The notes under the pieces were generated by a model that was not told the DNA's origin, searched no databases, and was given only the letters and a program-made list of their open reading frames with translations. Position numbers and translations under genes: made by a program. Below are positions 1-10,072 of a stretch of DNA of 64,000 bases, piece after piece. Source of the DNA: Candidatus Hadarchaeales archaeon (GTDB lineage: Archaea > Hadarchaeota > Hadarchaeia > Hadarchaeales > WYZ-LMO6); the NCBI GenBank assembly GCA_038736355.1, contig JAVYML010000003.1, positions 22,093 to 86,092 on the forward strand. The letters are read 5' to 3'. Every line of letters starts with the position of its first letter. Positions within the stretch are counted from its first letter, which is position 1.

Positions 1-45
1 AGCCGGTGCTTTGGACGGCATTGCTGCCGCCATACCCCAAAGTTG
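1..45 (-). mobile_element. 5' part of a group I intron inserted after 23S U2500 (E. coli numbering), truncated by the window edge
   Basis: Minus strand reads GGUUUGCUACCU|CAACUUUGGGGUA instead of conserved ...UACCUCGAUGUCG. Exon UACCU pairs with intron GGGUA (U-G at the splice site, P1), followed by a GGCGGCA-GCAA-UGCCGUC GNRA hairpin (P2). Confidence 0.82.
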
Positions 46-565
46 AGGTAGCAAACCGCGGGGTCGATATGGACTCTCGCCCGCGACCACTCTGTTATCC
101 CCGGGGTACCTTTTCTGTCATCCGGAGCCCTCACCAAGAGGGACATCCGGGTTCGCTAGGCCCGGCTTTCGCCCCTGCGCGCCTTGGTAGTGAGCGCGCA
201 GTCAGGCCGGCTTTTGGCCTTGTCCTTGGCGGCGGAGTTCTGACCCGCCTAAGCCGACCTTTGGACCCCCTCGATATCTTTTCGAGGGGCTGCCGCCCCA
301 GCGAAACTGCCCACCTGCCGTTGTCCCCCTGACGGGGTTAGGGGCACGGTTAGGAGTGGGCGGTGTTACATCGGCGCCTCCGCCGGACCCGAAGATCCGG
401 CTTCCACGGCTCCCGCCTACCCTCTGCACCCGCAACCGCGTCCCAGCGACAGGCTGCAGTAAAGGTCCACGGGGTCTTCGTTTCCCTTCGGGGGACCCCG
501 GCATGTTCGCCGGCAAGCGGGTTCACCGGGTTGCAGGCCGGGACAGTGGGGGGCTCGTTGATTCC

Positions 566-597
<32 letters not shown>

Positions 598-602
598 TTA
601 CG

Positions 603-1304
603 CTACCTTAAGCTCCCTTCCTCACATGTCGGAAGGTGGACCATATCATCGCCCTCCTCGGGCGCCTGGCGTATGGTCTCTGAGGATCCCCCTTCAACGA
701 GCCTTTCCAGTTTTTCCCTCTTTTCGGGATGTCTGAATCCTATGGCATCCCTGAACTTTTTCACTCTCTCCAAGCCTTTTATGACCAGCGAGAACTGCGG
801 ATTTTTCCCCCATGCCCTCGGTTTTTTGACGGAAATCGCACTTTCAATCCCTGCTTCCAGAAGAATTCCATGTAGCTGTCCGATGAGAGGCCTGGCGATC
901 ATGTCGATCCCGACATATGGATAGCTGTAGGTTTTTCCCCCATGCTTTTGTTTGTCGACTCCACAGTAGCCTTCTGCATCGAAGAGCCCCCTTGCCACCT
1001 CCAGCCTTGAGACTTTGTCCTCCGTGAAAGTCTTCGGAATTCTGAGGGTGGTGAGTTTCCTTCCCTTCGGGTACCCGATTTTCACGAAGAACTTATGGAT
1101 ATCCTTGCGGTTGGTACTGACTATCCAACAGTTCGGCGAACCCCTGTTCACCCTCGGCTTGAAGTTGAAGATCCTTTCGACGGTCTTTGCGATGCTTTCC
1201 GCAAATTCCCTGTTCTTATCCCTGCAAAACACCGTGTACGAATTTCCATAGACACCTCCGTCACCGAGCATTACACCAACGAGGTAAGCTAGGGACTCTG
1301 TCAT
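603..1304 (-). CDS. Two-motif LAGLIDADG homing endonuclease encoded in the intron
   Basis: Motifs LAYLVGVMLGDG and VARGLFDAEG, C-terminal IGFRHPEKREKL. Likely ATG at 1304; stop TAG lies in the 3' exon. Confidence 0.9.
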   Translation of the reverse strand: MTESLAYLVGVMLGDGGVYGNSYTVFCRDKNREFAESIAKTVERIFNFKPRVNRGSPNCWIVSTNRKDIHKFFVKIGYPKGRKLTTLRIPKTFTEDKVSRLEVARGLFDAEGYCGVDKQKHGGKTYSYPYVGIDMIARPLIGQLHGILLEAGIESAISVKKPRAWGKNPQFSLVIKGLERVKKFRDAIGFRHPEKREKLERLVEGGSSETIRQAPEEGDDMVHLPTCEEGSLR

Positions 1305-1464
1305 CACTGTCGATTTAAGAGGGACTCTGTTATTTCGTTTCCGGCCCTCTGGGGTTTCCTGCGGGTCGACCTCATCGGAGATGGACTTTGTTACCCTTTT
1401 TCGGGTAGCCCATCTCCCCTCACGTCTTCCCCGCATACAGCCAGGTTTTACAACCCCCTTCTCG
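613..1464 (-). mobile_element. Group I intron in 23S rRNA after U1923, 852 nt, with endonuclease ORF
   Basis: Removing it restores AACUAUAACCCU|CUUAAGGUAGCG. 5' exon ends in U and intron ends in G. P1 AACCCUC/GGGGGUU, P3 CCUGGC/GCCAGG, P4 UGCGGG/CCCGCA, R element UCAGAGACCAU, S element GAUGAUAUGGUC (P7), P9 CCUUCC/GGAAGG. Confidence 0.93.
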
Positions 1465-3599
1465 AGGGTTATAGTTACCCCCGCCCATTGGCGGCGCTTC
1501 GGCCGGTTGTACCCGGCTTTCACGTACCGCCTGTAGGCAGAATTCAGCTCCCGTACTCACCCTTTCGGGCTAGCGGGAACCTACGTTTTTATTAAACAGT
1601 CGGCCCCCCCTGGTCACTGCGACCTGCCCTCCGCAGGGCAGGCACCCCTTCTCCCGAAGTTACGGGGCCAACTTGCCGAATTCCCTGGCCTGCTGTCTCC
1701 CGTCACACCTTAGGCTTCTCACCTAGGGGCACCTGTGTCGGATCTAGGTACGGTCACCCAGGATCCCATTTCCGGTCCCCCTTTTCACGGGCCCCGGAGA
1801 TGAACCGAACCCGCCTAACGGCAGGCCCATCCCGCCCTCATCCGGTTCTCTCCATTACGGAACTCCCCGGACTTCGACGGTTGGATGGGGCGACGGCCCC
1901 ACTCGGTCTGCCCCGAGGCGTCGGAGGACCGGCCTGCGTTGCCGCCGGTACCTGGGTGGTTCCGGAATATTAACCGGATTCCCTTTCGGCGGCCTCTGGT
2001 TGAGGGCCGCCTCAGGACCGACTAACCCTCGGCTGACGACCATTGCCGAGGAACCCGGGCCCCTTCGGCGGTGGGGATTCTCACCCCACTAGGCTGTTAC
2101 TACCACCAGGATCCTCGTTCCCACGCGGTCCACCCGACCTCACGGCCGGGCTTCTCCCCACGCGGGACGCCCCCCTACCGGATCAGGCTACTGAACTTCG
2201 CCTGCCCCGGGGTCTCGGCAGCTGGCTTAAGCCCCGTTCATCTTCGGTGCCCCCACCCTCGACGGGTCCGCTTTTACGCGTTGTTTAAAGGGTGGCTGCT
2301 TCTGAGCCTACCTCCCCGCTGTCTCAGGGTGGAGACGCCCTTTGGATTTCTGCACTTAGCCAGCATTTGGGGGCCTTAACCCCGGTCTGGGTTGTTCCCC
2401 TCTCGGAGCGGGAGCTTACCCCCCGCACCCCGTCTCCGGCGGTCTACGGCGCCGGTCGCTTCGGAGTTCGACAGCGAGGGCAAGGGTTTCCCCCTGTCAC
2501 CCCGCAATCGGTGCTCTACACGACCGGCTACCTCGCGCCGGGCCTGACTGCGGCCAGCTTCGGGGGGAACCAGCTGTCACCGGGCTTGATGGGTCTTTCG
2601 CCACTAGCCCAGGGTCATCCGACCGAATTGCACGTCAAGACCGGTTCGGCCCTCCACCCCATAGAGGGGCTTCAGCCTGCCCTGGACTAGATCGCCCGGT
2701 TTCGGGTCTCACCGCCGTGACTCCGGGCGCTGTTAACACCCCGTCCCTCGCCCTTTCGGGCTGCGGACCGTCGCTTTCGCTCCGGCTCCGGGGTTTCAAC
2801 CCCTTAACCTCGCCACGACGGTGAACTCCCTGGCCCGTGATTCAAGACGGACGGTACGACCCCGATCCCCCTCCCTCGTACCACCGCCTCACGGCGGCTT
2901 CCTTCGGGAGGGCTCACCTCTTTCGAGCCGTACCTTACTGTCGCCACCTGGTTTCAGGCTCTTTTCACCCCCCTTCCGGGGTACTTTTCAGCTTTCCCTC
3001 GCGGTACTGCGTTCGCTATCGGTCTCGAGACGTATTTAGGGTTGGGAGTTGGTGCCTCCCAGCTTCGGACGCCAATCCCAAGGCGCCCTACTCAGGATCC
3101 CTCCCCTCGTATCCTGCACAGTTACCCCTACGGGGCTTTCACCCTCTACGGCGCGCCATTCCAGGCGACTTCGGGTTCCCGTGCGAGGAATTGGGGGAGG
3201 TCCTACAACTCCACATCCCCGACGACTTTCGCCGCCGGGTTCGGTTTGCCCTGTGCCCTCTTCACTCGCCGTTACTGAGGGCATCGCTTTTGCTTTCTCT
3301 TCCTCCCGGTACTGAGATGTTTCACTTCCCGGGGTTCCCGTTCGCAGCTCCCAAAAGAGCCGCGAACGCAGGGGGTTAACCCCTGCAGGATTCCCATTCG
3401 GTGATCCCGGGTTCTACGGCTGCCTGCGCCTCGCCCGGGCTTTTCGCAGCTTGCCACGACCTTCTTCGGCGCTCGAGCCGAGCCATCCCCCAGGTGGCTT
3501 GGTTCCCCGCTCGACGGCTTCCGGACCTGTGCCTGGCCTCATCAGCTTTTAGCCTGAGCCCTTCGCGCGAGAAGCGCTCTCTCTTCCCGCGCTGCATGC

Positions 3600-3674
3600 T
3601 GGTGGACCCGCCGGGATTCGAACCCGGGGCCTTCGGCTTGCAAAGCCGACGCTCTACCACTGAGCTACGGGCCC
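3600..3674 (-). tRNA. tRNA-Ala(UGC) in the 16S-23S spacer, CCA encoded
   Basis: GGGCCCGTAGCTCAGTGGTAGAGC...TTTGCAA...GGTTCGAATCCCGGCGGGTCCACCA cloverleaf. Confidence 0.98.
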
Positions 3675-3708
3675 AAGAGAAGTCCGGGCCTCCGCCAGAT
3701 ATATACGT

Positions 3709-5188
<1,480 letters not shown>

Positions 5189-5204
5189 TAGGTGGCCGCA
5201 AGAC

Positions 5205-5232
5205 CTTTAGGCGGAGGCCTCGGACCTCTCTC
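5205..5232 (-). other. 5' arm of the 16S pre-rRNA processing stem (pairs with about 3676-3697)
   Basis: GGUCCGAGGCCUCCGCC upstream of 16S is complementary to GGCGGAGGCCCGGACU downstream. Confidence 0.7.
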
Positions 5233-5458
5233 GGACCCGAACTCTCCAGTGGCCTGGGTTTTTCGGGCCCACATACTGATTCCACACCCGGAATTCGACC
5301 CTTCATCGCTGGTTAAACACCCGGCTCCCGGCCGACGCCTTGAGGGTGTGGAGCCAATAGTATGTAAGGGAGAAGCCATACTTAAGGCTTGTCCTGAAAG
5401 GAATCCGCCGGGGGTTCTCTGGGACGGTTCTTTATCCTCTGGGGAAAAAAGAGGGGAA

Positions 5459-6133
5459 ATGGATCAGGAAATAGATGTTTCCGTGGTCGTCCCCACCTAC
5501 AACGAGGCTGGAAATCTCCCTCCCTTGATCAGGCGGTTGGCAAGGGCCTTGAGGGGCAGGAGGTGGGAAGTGGTGGTGGTGGATGATGGTTCCCCAGATG
5601 GTACGGGGAAGGTAGCGGAGATCTTGGCCAGGAAGTATCCTGTCAGGCTGGTTCAGCGTGGGAAGAGGGGTGGTCTCTCCTCTGCAGTGGTGGAAGGATG
5701 GCGGCATGCGGGAGGCAGGGTCCTGGTGGTGATGGATGCCGATCTCCAGCATCCACCCGAGCTGGTTCCAGAGCTGGTGATGAAAGTGGAGGAGGGGAAC
5801 GATTTGGTCCTGGCCTGCAGGACGCGATGGGTGGGATGGAGGGGGGCTGCCTCCAAGTTGATGGGCGAACTGGTGAGGACCCTTTTGCACCTTCCCGTGC
5901 GGGATCCCCATTCGGGCTTCTTCGCCCTACGCCGGGTGGTTGGGAGGATAAAACCGAGGGGGTACAAAATCCTCCTGGAATGTCTGGTGAGGGGGAGGTA
6001 CAGAAGGGTGGCTGAAGTTTTCTACTCCCAAGGGAAAAGGAAATGGGGGAGGAGCAAATGGGGGGTGAGGGAGGGGTGGGAGTACCTGCGGCAGCTTCTG
6101 GATCTCTTAGGGTATTCAAAGGGGGGAAGATGA
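5459..6133 (+). CDS. Family 2 glycosyltransferase, polyprenol/dolichol-phosphate mannosyltransferase-like
   Basis: VSVVVPTYNE, VVVVDDGSPDGT, MDADLQHPPE, DPHSGFFA. Start reassigned to ATG 5459 (the longer ORF runs into the rRNA leader). Confidence 0.9.
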   Translation: MDQEIDVSVVVPTYNEAGNLPPLIRRLARALRGRRWEVVVVDDGSPDGTGKVAEILARKYPVRLVQRGKRGGLSSAVVEGWRHAGGRVLVVMDADLQHPPELVPELVMKVEEGNDLVLACRTRWVGWRGAASKLMGELVRTLLHLPVRDPHSGFFALRRVVGRIKPRGYKILLECLVRGRYRRVAEVFYSQGKRKWGRSKWGVREGWEYLRQLLDLLGYSKGGR

Positions 6134-7218
6134 ACCGGGTCCGGAGATAGTGGAGGATATGGACCCACTACCTCAGGTACAAACTGGCCTCTCCCCCCCT
6201 TTCTTTTGCCAACTATTTCATCACCGTGAGATGCAATTTGAAGTGTATTTACTGCCCAGTGAGAACGGATACAGGCTCCAAAATCTTTGATTACTGTTCC
6301 TCTTCCAGGCAAGAACTCAGCACGGAGGAGGCTAAGAGGGCAATGGAGGAACTGGGAAAGCTTGGCACCCTCTGGATTTCCTTCAGCGGAGGCGAGCCCC
6401 TCCTACGTCCAGATCTGGAAGAAATAGCCGATAAGGCTAGGAGGGAAGGGATGTTTACCATCTTGGACACCAATGCCACCCTCATAACCAAAAAGGAGGG
6501 CGAGAACCCTCTCCAGAGTTTTCGACAGTGCAGTGGTATCCCGTCAGGGGATGGAAAGGAAGAACGATGAGATGAGGGGGAAGGGCACCTGGGGGAGGAC
6601 AGAGGGGAATAGAGTTTCTGAAGGAGAGCGGGTGTGAGGTGGGGGTGAACTTCATCCTGACCAACCTCAACCTGGGGAAAATAGAGGAAGTAGTGAACTT
6701 TCTGAGGGAAAGGGTGGATCATCTCTTTTTCAACCCCGTTTGTGAGGCCAAGGGTTCATGCCCACCAGGGAACAGGTGAGGTGGTTGGAAGGCAAGCTTT
6801 TTTGAGCTGAAGAGGGAGCACGGGAGTTTCCTTTCCAATTCCCCAGAGCATTTGCGGGCCATCGTGAGGTACCTTCGGGGGGGAGGGTGGTGGAGTGCGA
6901 ACCCTTCACCCTGCATGTTTCCCTCATGCCCAACGGAGATCTCTGCGGATGCTTTTACCCTTTTCCGGTGGGGAAAGTGGGGGGGAAGATTTGGAGGAGG
7001 TCAGACTGAGGGGGAAGGAGAAAAGGGAGGAACTCTGGCGGGAATGCGGTGGATGTGCCAACTCCTCCTATTTCCACGTCACCAGGCTCTTCAGGGGATC
7101 TCCCTTTACCTGCTGGAAAGAAGATTTTCCCCCTAGGCAGAACCATTATGTTTTCCTAAGGTCAATATCCCACTTCCCCAAGCGGGGCCCCACATCGAGA
7201 CGGAACCTCATCCTATAA
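6130..7218 (+). pseudogene. Radical SAM (SPASM/twitch-type) gene, disrupted
   Basis: ATG overlaps the upstream stop. In-frame TAG at 6148-6150, then CNLKCIYC and SGGEPLLRPDL; homology continues in other frames (NDEMRGKGTW; GVNFILTNLN; CGGC), so several frameshifts. End approximate. Confidence 0.8.
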
Positions 7219-7329
7219 GCGGTCCACTGCGCGGAGCAGCATGGGTCATTAAAGATTGGCGACCTGCGATTTAAAAAGGAGGTGCCCTCAGTTTCCCTCA
7301 GTTTTCTTTATGGAAAAGAAGAACAGTGA

Positions 7330-8280
7330 ATGATGAGGTTCCTCCGCCTCAGGGCTTGGAGATTTCCCTTCTTCCACAGGATGATCTGGCTTCTTTCACC
7401 CCTCCTCTACTTCGTCTTCAGCAGGGACCTCTTTTCCTCCTTCCTTCCCACTTTTTTTCTCCTCCTCCCCTTTCTCTTTCTATACGGTGCCTTCTCGGTG
7501 CTGATCAACGACTATTTTGATTTCCCTTTCGATCTCGCGGCGGGCAAGGAGGTTGAACCCCTCTCGCGCACGGAGATCCTCCTCCTCTCCTCCCTTACCC
7601 TTTCGGCCTGCCTGGGGCTCTCCTTCCTATTATCCCCCAGTTTGTCCTTCCTCCCCCTGCTTGGCCTGATCCTGGCCTTCCTTTACTCGGTGAAGGGAAT
7701 AAGACTAAAGGAGAGGGGATGGATGGGAGTGGGAACGGACGTGGGTATAGAGTTCCTCCCCCTCCTCTTCTCCATCCTCCTCCTGCGCCTCCCCCGATGG
7801 GATCCCGATGTGTTTCTCTTCCTCCTTCTCTACATCTCCGTCCAGCTGACCTCCCAAGTGGAGCACCAGCTGAAGGACTTGGAGAGGGACAGGAGGGTGG
7901 GACTGAAAACGCTGGTTACCGAAAGGGGGGAGGAATTCGGCCTGAGGCTCCTTCGCTTCTTTTCTTCCCTCTCCTTCCTCCTCCTCTTTCCACTCCTATT
8001 CTGGTTTTCCTCTCTCCCCTGGTTCAGCCCGCTCTTTCTCTTCTTTCTCCTTTTCTCCCTCTTCCACCCCAAATGGAACCCTGAATTTCCCCAAGCCCAT
8101 AGGGTCTCCCCCCTCTTCGCCGATATCTTCTACCTCTTCCTCTTCCAAATTTTCCCCCTTTATCTCTCCCTTCTCATGGTATGGACCCATCCTTTCTTCC
8201 TTCCCCTCCTCCCCCCCATCCTCCTCCTCGATTGCAGGTTCCTGTTCATGTCCTGGAGGTGGATAAGGAGATGGGTTTGA
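7330..8280 (+). CDS. UbiA-family prenyltransferase-like membrane protein
   Basis: Polytopic hydrophobic protein with INDYFDFPFDLAAGK, YSVKGIRLKER and KDLERDRRVGLKTL motifs. Confidence 0.75.
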   Translation: MMRFLRLRAWRFPFFHRMIWLLSPLLYFVFSRDLFSSFLPTFFLLLPFLFLYGAFSVLINDYFDFPFDLAAGKEVEPLSRTEILLLSSLTLSACLGLSFLLSPSLSFLPLLGLILAFLYSVKGIRLKERGWMGVGTDVGIEFLPLLFSILLLRLPRWDPDVFLFLLLYISVQLTSQVEHQLKDLERDRRVGLKTLVTERGEEFGLRLLRFFSSLSFLLLFPLLFWFSSLPWFSPLFLFFLLFSLFHPKWNPEFPQAHRVSPLFADIFYLFLFQIFPLYLSLLMVWTHPFFLPLLPPILLLDCRFLFMSWRWIRRWV

Positions 8281-9383
8281 AACTGGCGGTTTGCCACGAT
8301 CTCCTCAGCGTGAAGGGGGGTGCGGAAAGGGTAGTCCTTACGGTGGCGAGGGCCTTCAGGGCCGAGGTTTTCACTCTCCTCTACGATCCCTCCCAGGCCT
8401 TCGAGGAGGCCAGGGGGCTGAAGATCCACACCCTCGGCGACTGGAAGCTGCCCCAGGATCGGAGGTTCTATCCCTGGATTTATCCCTTCTTCCACGGCTG
8501 GGGAATCCTGAAGTTCCTCGGATTAGACCTGAGGGGATACGATGCCGTTTTCACCAGCGGGAAGCTCGGTATCTTCGCCAAGGGAGAGGTAACCCTCCAC
8601 TACTGCCATTCCCCTCCTCGTTTCCTCTACGACCTTCGCCCCATCGTTTCCCTCTATCTGGGAAGGAGGTACGGATCGCCGGTGAGGGCCCTCGCCGAAC
8701 TCTGGTGGAGGGGGTGGAGGAGGATGGACGAATGGGCGGCAAGGAGACCGAACCTAATTTTGGCCAACTCCTTGGAGGTAAAGAAAAGGATCTGGAGGTA
8801 CTACGGGAGGGAGGCGGAGGTCGTCTATCCTCCCGTAAAAGTGGAGAAGTTCAGGATGAAGGGGGGAGGGGAATACTTCTTGGCGGTCCAGAGGCCAAGC
8901 CCGGAGAAGAGGATAGAGCTCCTCCTCAGGATCTTCAAGAGGCTGCCGGGCGAGAGATTGGTGCTGGTGGGCAGCTACATAGATCCCGACTACACGGCAT
9001 GGCTTGAAGAAAAGATGAGGGGGATGGGGAACGTGAGCTGGCTGAAGGAGGTGAGCGAGAGAGAACTGGTGGAGCTGTATGCTGGATGCAAAGCCCTCGT
9101 GCACACAGCCAGGAGGGAGGATTTTGGCATGGCGCCCGTGGAGGCCATGGCCTCTGGCAAGCCCGTGATAGCCGTGAACGAAGGGGGGGTGAGGGAAACG
9201 GTGGTGCATGGGAAGACGGGCCTGCTGGTTGATCCCCCCTACCTGAAGAACTTCGTGAGGATCCTCAAGGGCTTCGATCCTTCCCTCTTCTCCCCCAGGG
9301 AATGCAGGAGGAGGGCGGAGGAGTTCTCTGAGGAGAGGTTCGTGAGGAGGATGAAAGAACTGCTGGGGAGGATGCTCGGATGA
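8271..9383 (+). CDS. Family 4 glycosyltransferase
   Basis: GGAERV, HYCHSPPRFLYD, EDFGMAPVEAMASGKPVI. Confidence 0.92.
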   Translation: MGLKLAVCHDLLSVKGGAERVVLTVARAFRAEVFTLLYDPSQAFEEARGLKIHTLGDWKLPQDRRFYPWIYPFFHGWGILKFLGLDLRGYDAVFTSGKLGIFAKGEVTLHYCHSPPRFLYDLRPIVSLYLGRRYGSPVRALAELWWRGWRRMDEWAARRPNLILANSLEVKKRIWRYYGREAEVVYPPVKVEKFRMKGGGEYFLAVQRPSPEKRIELLLRIFKRLPGERLVLVGSYIDPDYTAWLEEKMRGMGNVSWLKEVSERELVELYAGCKALVHTARREDFGMAPVEAMASGKPVIAVNEGGVRETVVHGKTGLLVDPPYLKNFVRILKGFDPSLFSPRECRRRAEEFSEERFVRRMKELLGRMLG

Positions 9384-10072
9384 GTTTTTCCATAAGAAGG
9401 GAGCTGAGGGAGAGCGTGGAGTTCCTGATCCGTCCTGGGAAGGTGATGGAGGGGATGGGGATGCTCCCCCTTTCCTTCTCCCTTCCCTTCCTCTTCATCC
9501 TGCGTTATTTCCACTTCTACCTCCATGGTCTGCTGGTCCATCTCCCCTTTTACCGCGCCGAGTATCCCAACCTCCTTTCCTTTTTCTGGCATGAGTTCGA
9601 TCTTTGGCAGGGTTTCCTCCTCCCCGCAGCCCTCTTCTCGCTCTCAGCCGTCCTCTGGTGGATCGGGAGAGTGATGGGGAGGGAGGTGGACTACAGGATG
9701 GCGGAGCACGGAGCTTTTCACGTGCTCGTGGCGGGAGTTCTCCTGGTTCCCTTCGACGCCATCCATCTCTGGTTGTCCCCCACCTATTTCTGGGGGCACT
9801 GCATGCACCTTTCCCTGCTCCTTCAGTTGCTTCTCCTCCCCTATTGGATGAGCGTGTGGGCGGAGAAGTCTCTTGGGGTGAAGAAGAGATACTCTTTCCT
9901 CCCTTCTCTCCTTTTTCCCCTCTCCATCAAGTACGCTGACTGGCTAGTCTTCTCCCCGCCCTTCTTCCTCCTGCTCGCCTACCTTGTTCTCACCCTTTTT
10001 TTCCTCACCGGGGAGAGAGAAAGGTTGGGGGTGGCACTTGGTCTTTCCCTCTGTCTCTGGCTGTTTGGCTGA
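9380..10072 (+). CDS. Hypothetical integral membrane protein
   Basis: Several hydrophobic segments; ATGA overlap with the GT4 stop. Confidence 0.7.
   Translation: MSFSIRRELRESVEFLIRPGKVMEGMGMLPLSFSLPFLFILRYFHFYLHGLLVHLPFYRAEYPNLLSFFWHEFDLWQGFLLPAALFSLSAVLWWIGRVMGREVDYRMAEHGAFHVLVAGVLLVPFDAIHLWLSPTYFWGHCMHLSLLLQLLLLPYWMSVWAEKSLGVKKRYSFLPSLLFPLSIKYADWLVFSPPFFLLLAYLVLTLFFLTGERERLGVALGLSLCLWLFG

Noticed and set aside
613..1464. Interpretation as a BHB-type archaeal rRNA intron or an intein
   Set aside because: No BHB or long terminal stem at the junctions, group I core elements are present, and there are no intein splicing motifs or host protein.
5192..5458. N-terminal extension of the GT2 ORF
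   Set aside because: Overlaps the rRNA leader/promoter region; GT2 homology starts at ATG 5459.
6148..6150. In-frame TAG as pyrrolysine or readthrough
   Set aside because: The same gene also has several frameshifts and no pyl genes are in the window; decay is simpler.
7219..7329. Intergenic stretch after the radical SAM pseudogene as a possible sRNA or precursor peptide
   Set aside because: No convincing ORF, stem or box motifs; only a TTTAAAAA promoter-like tract.
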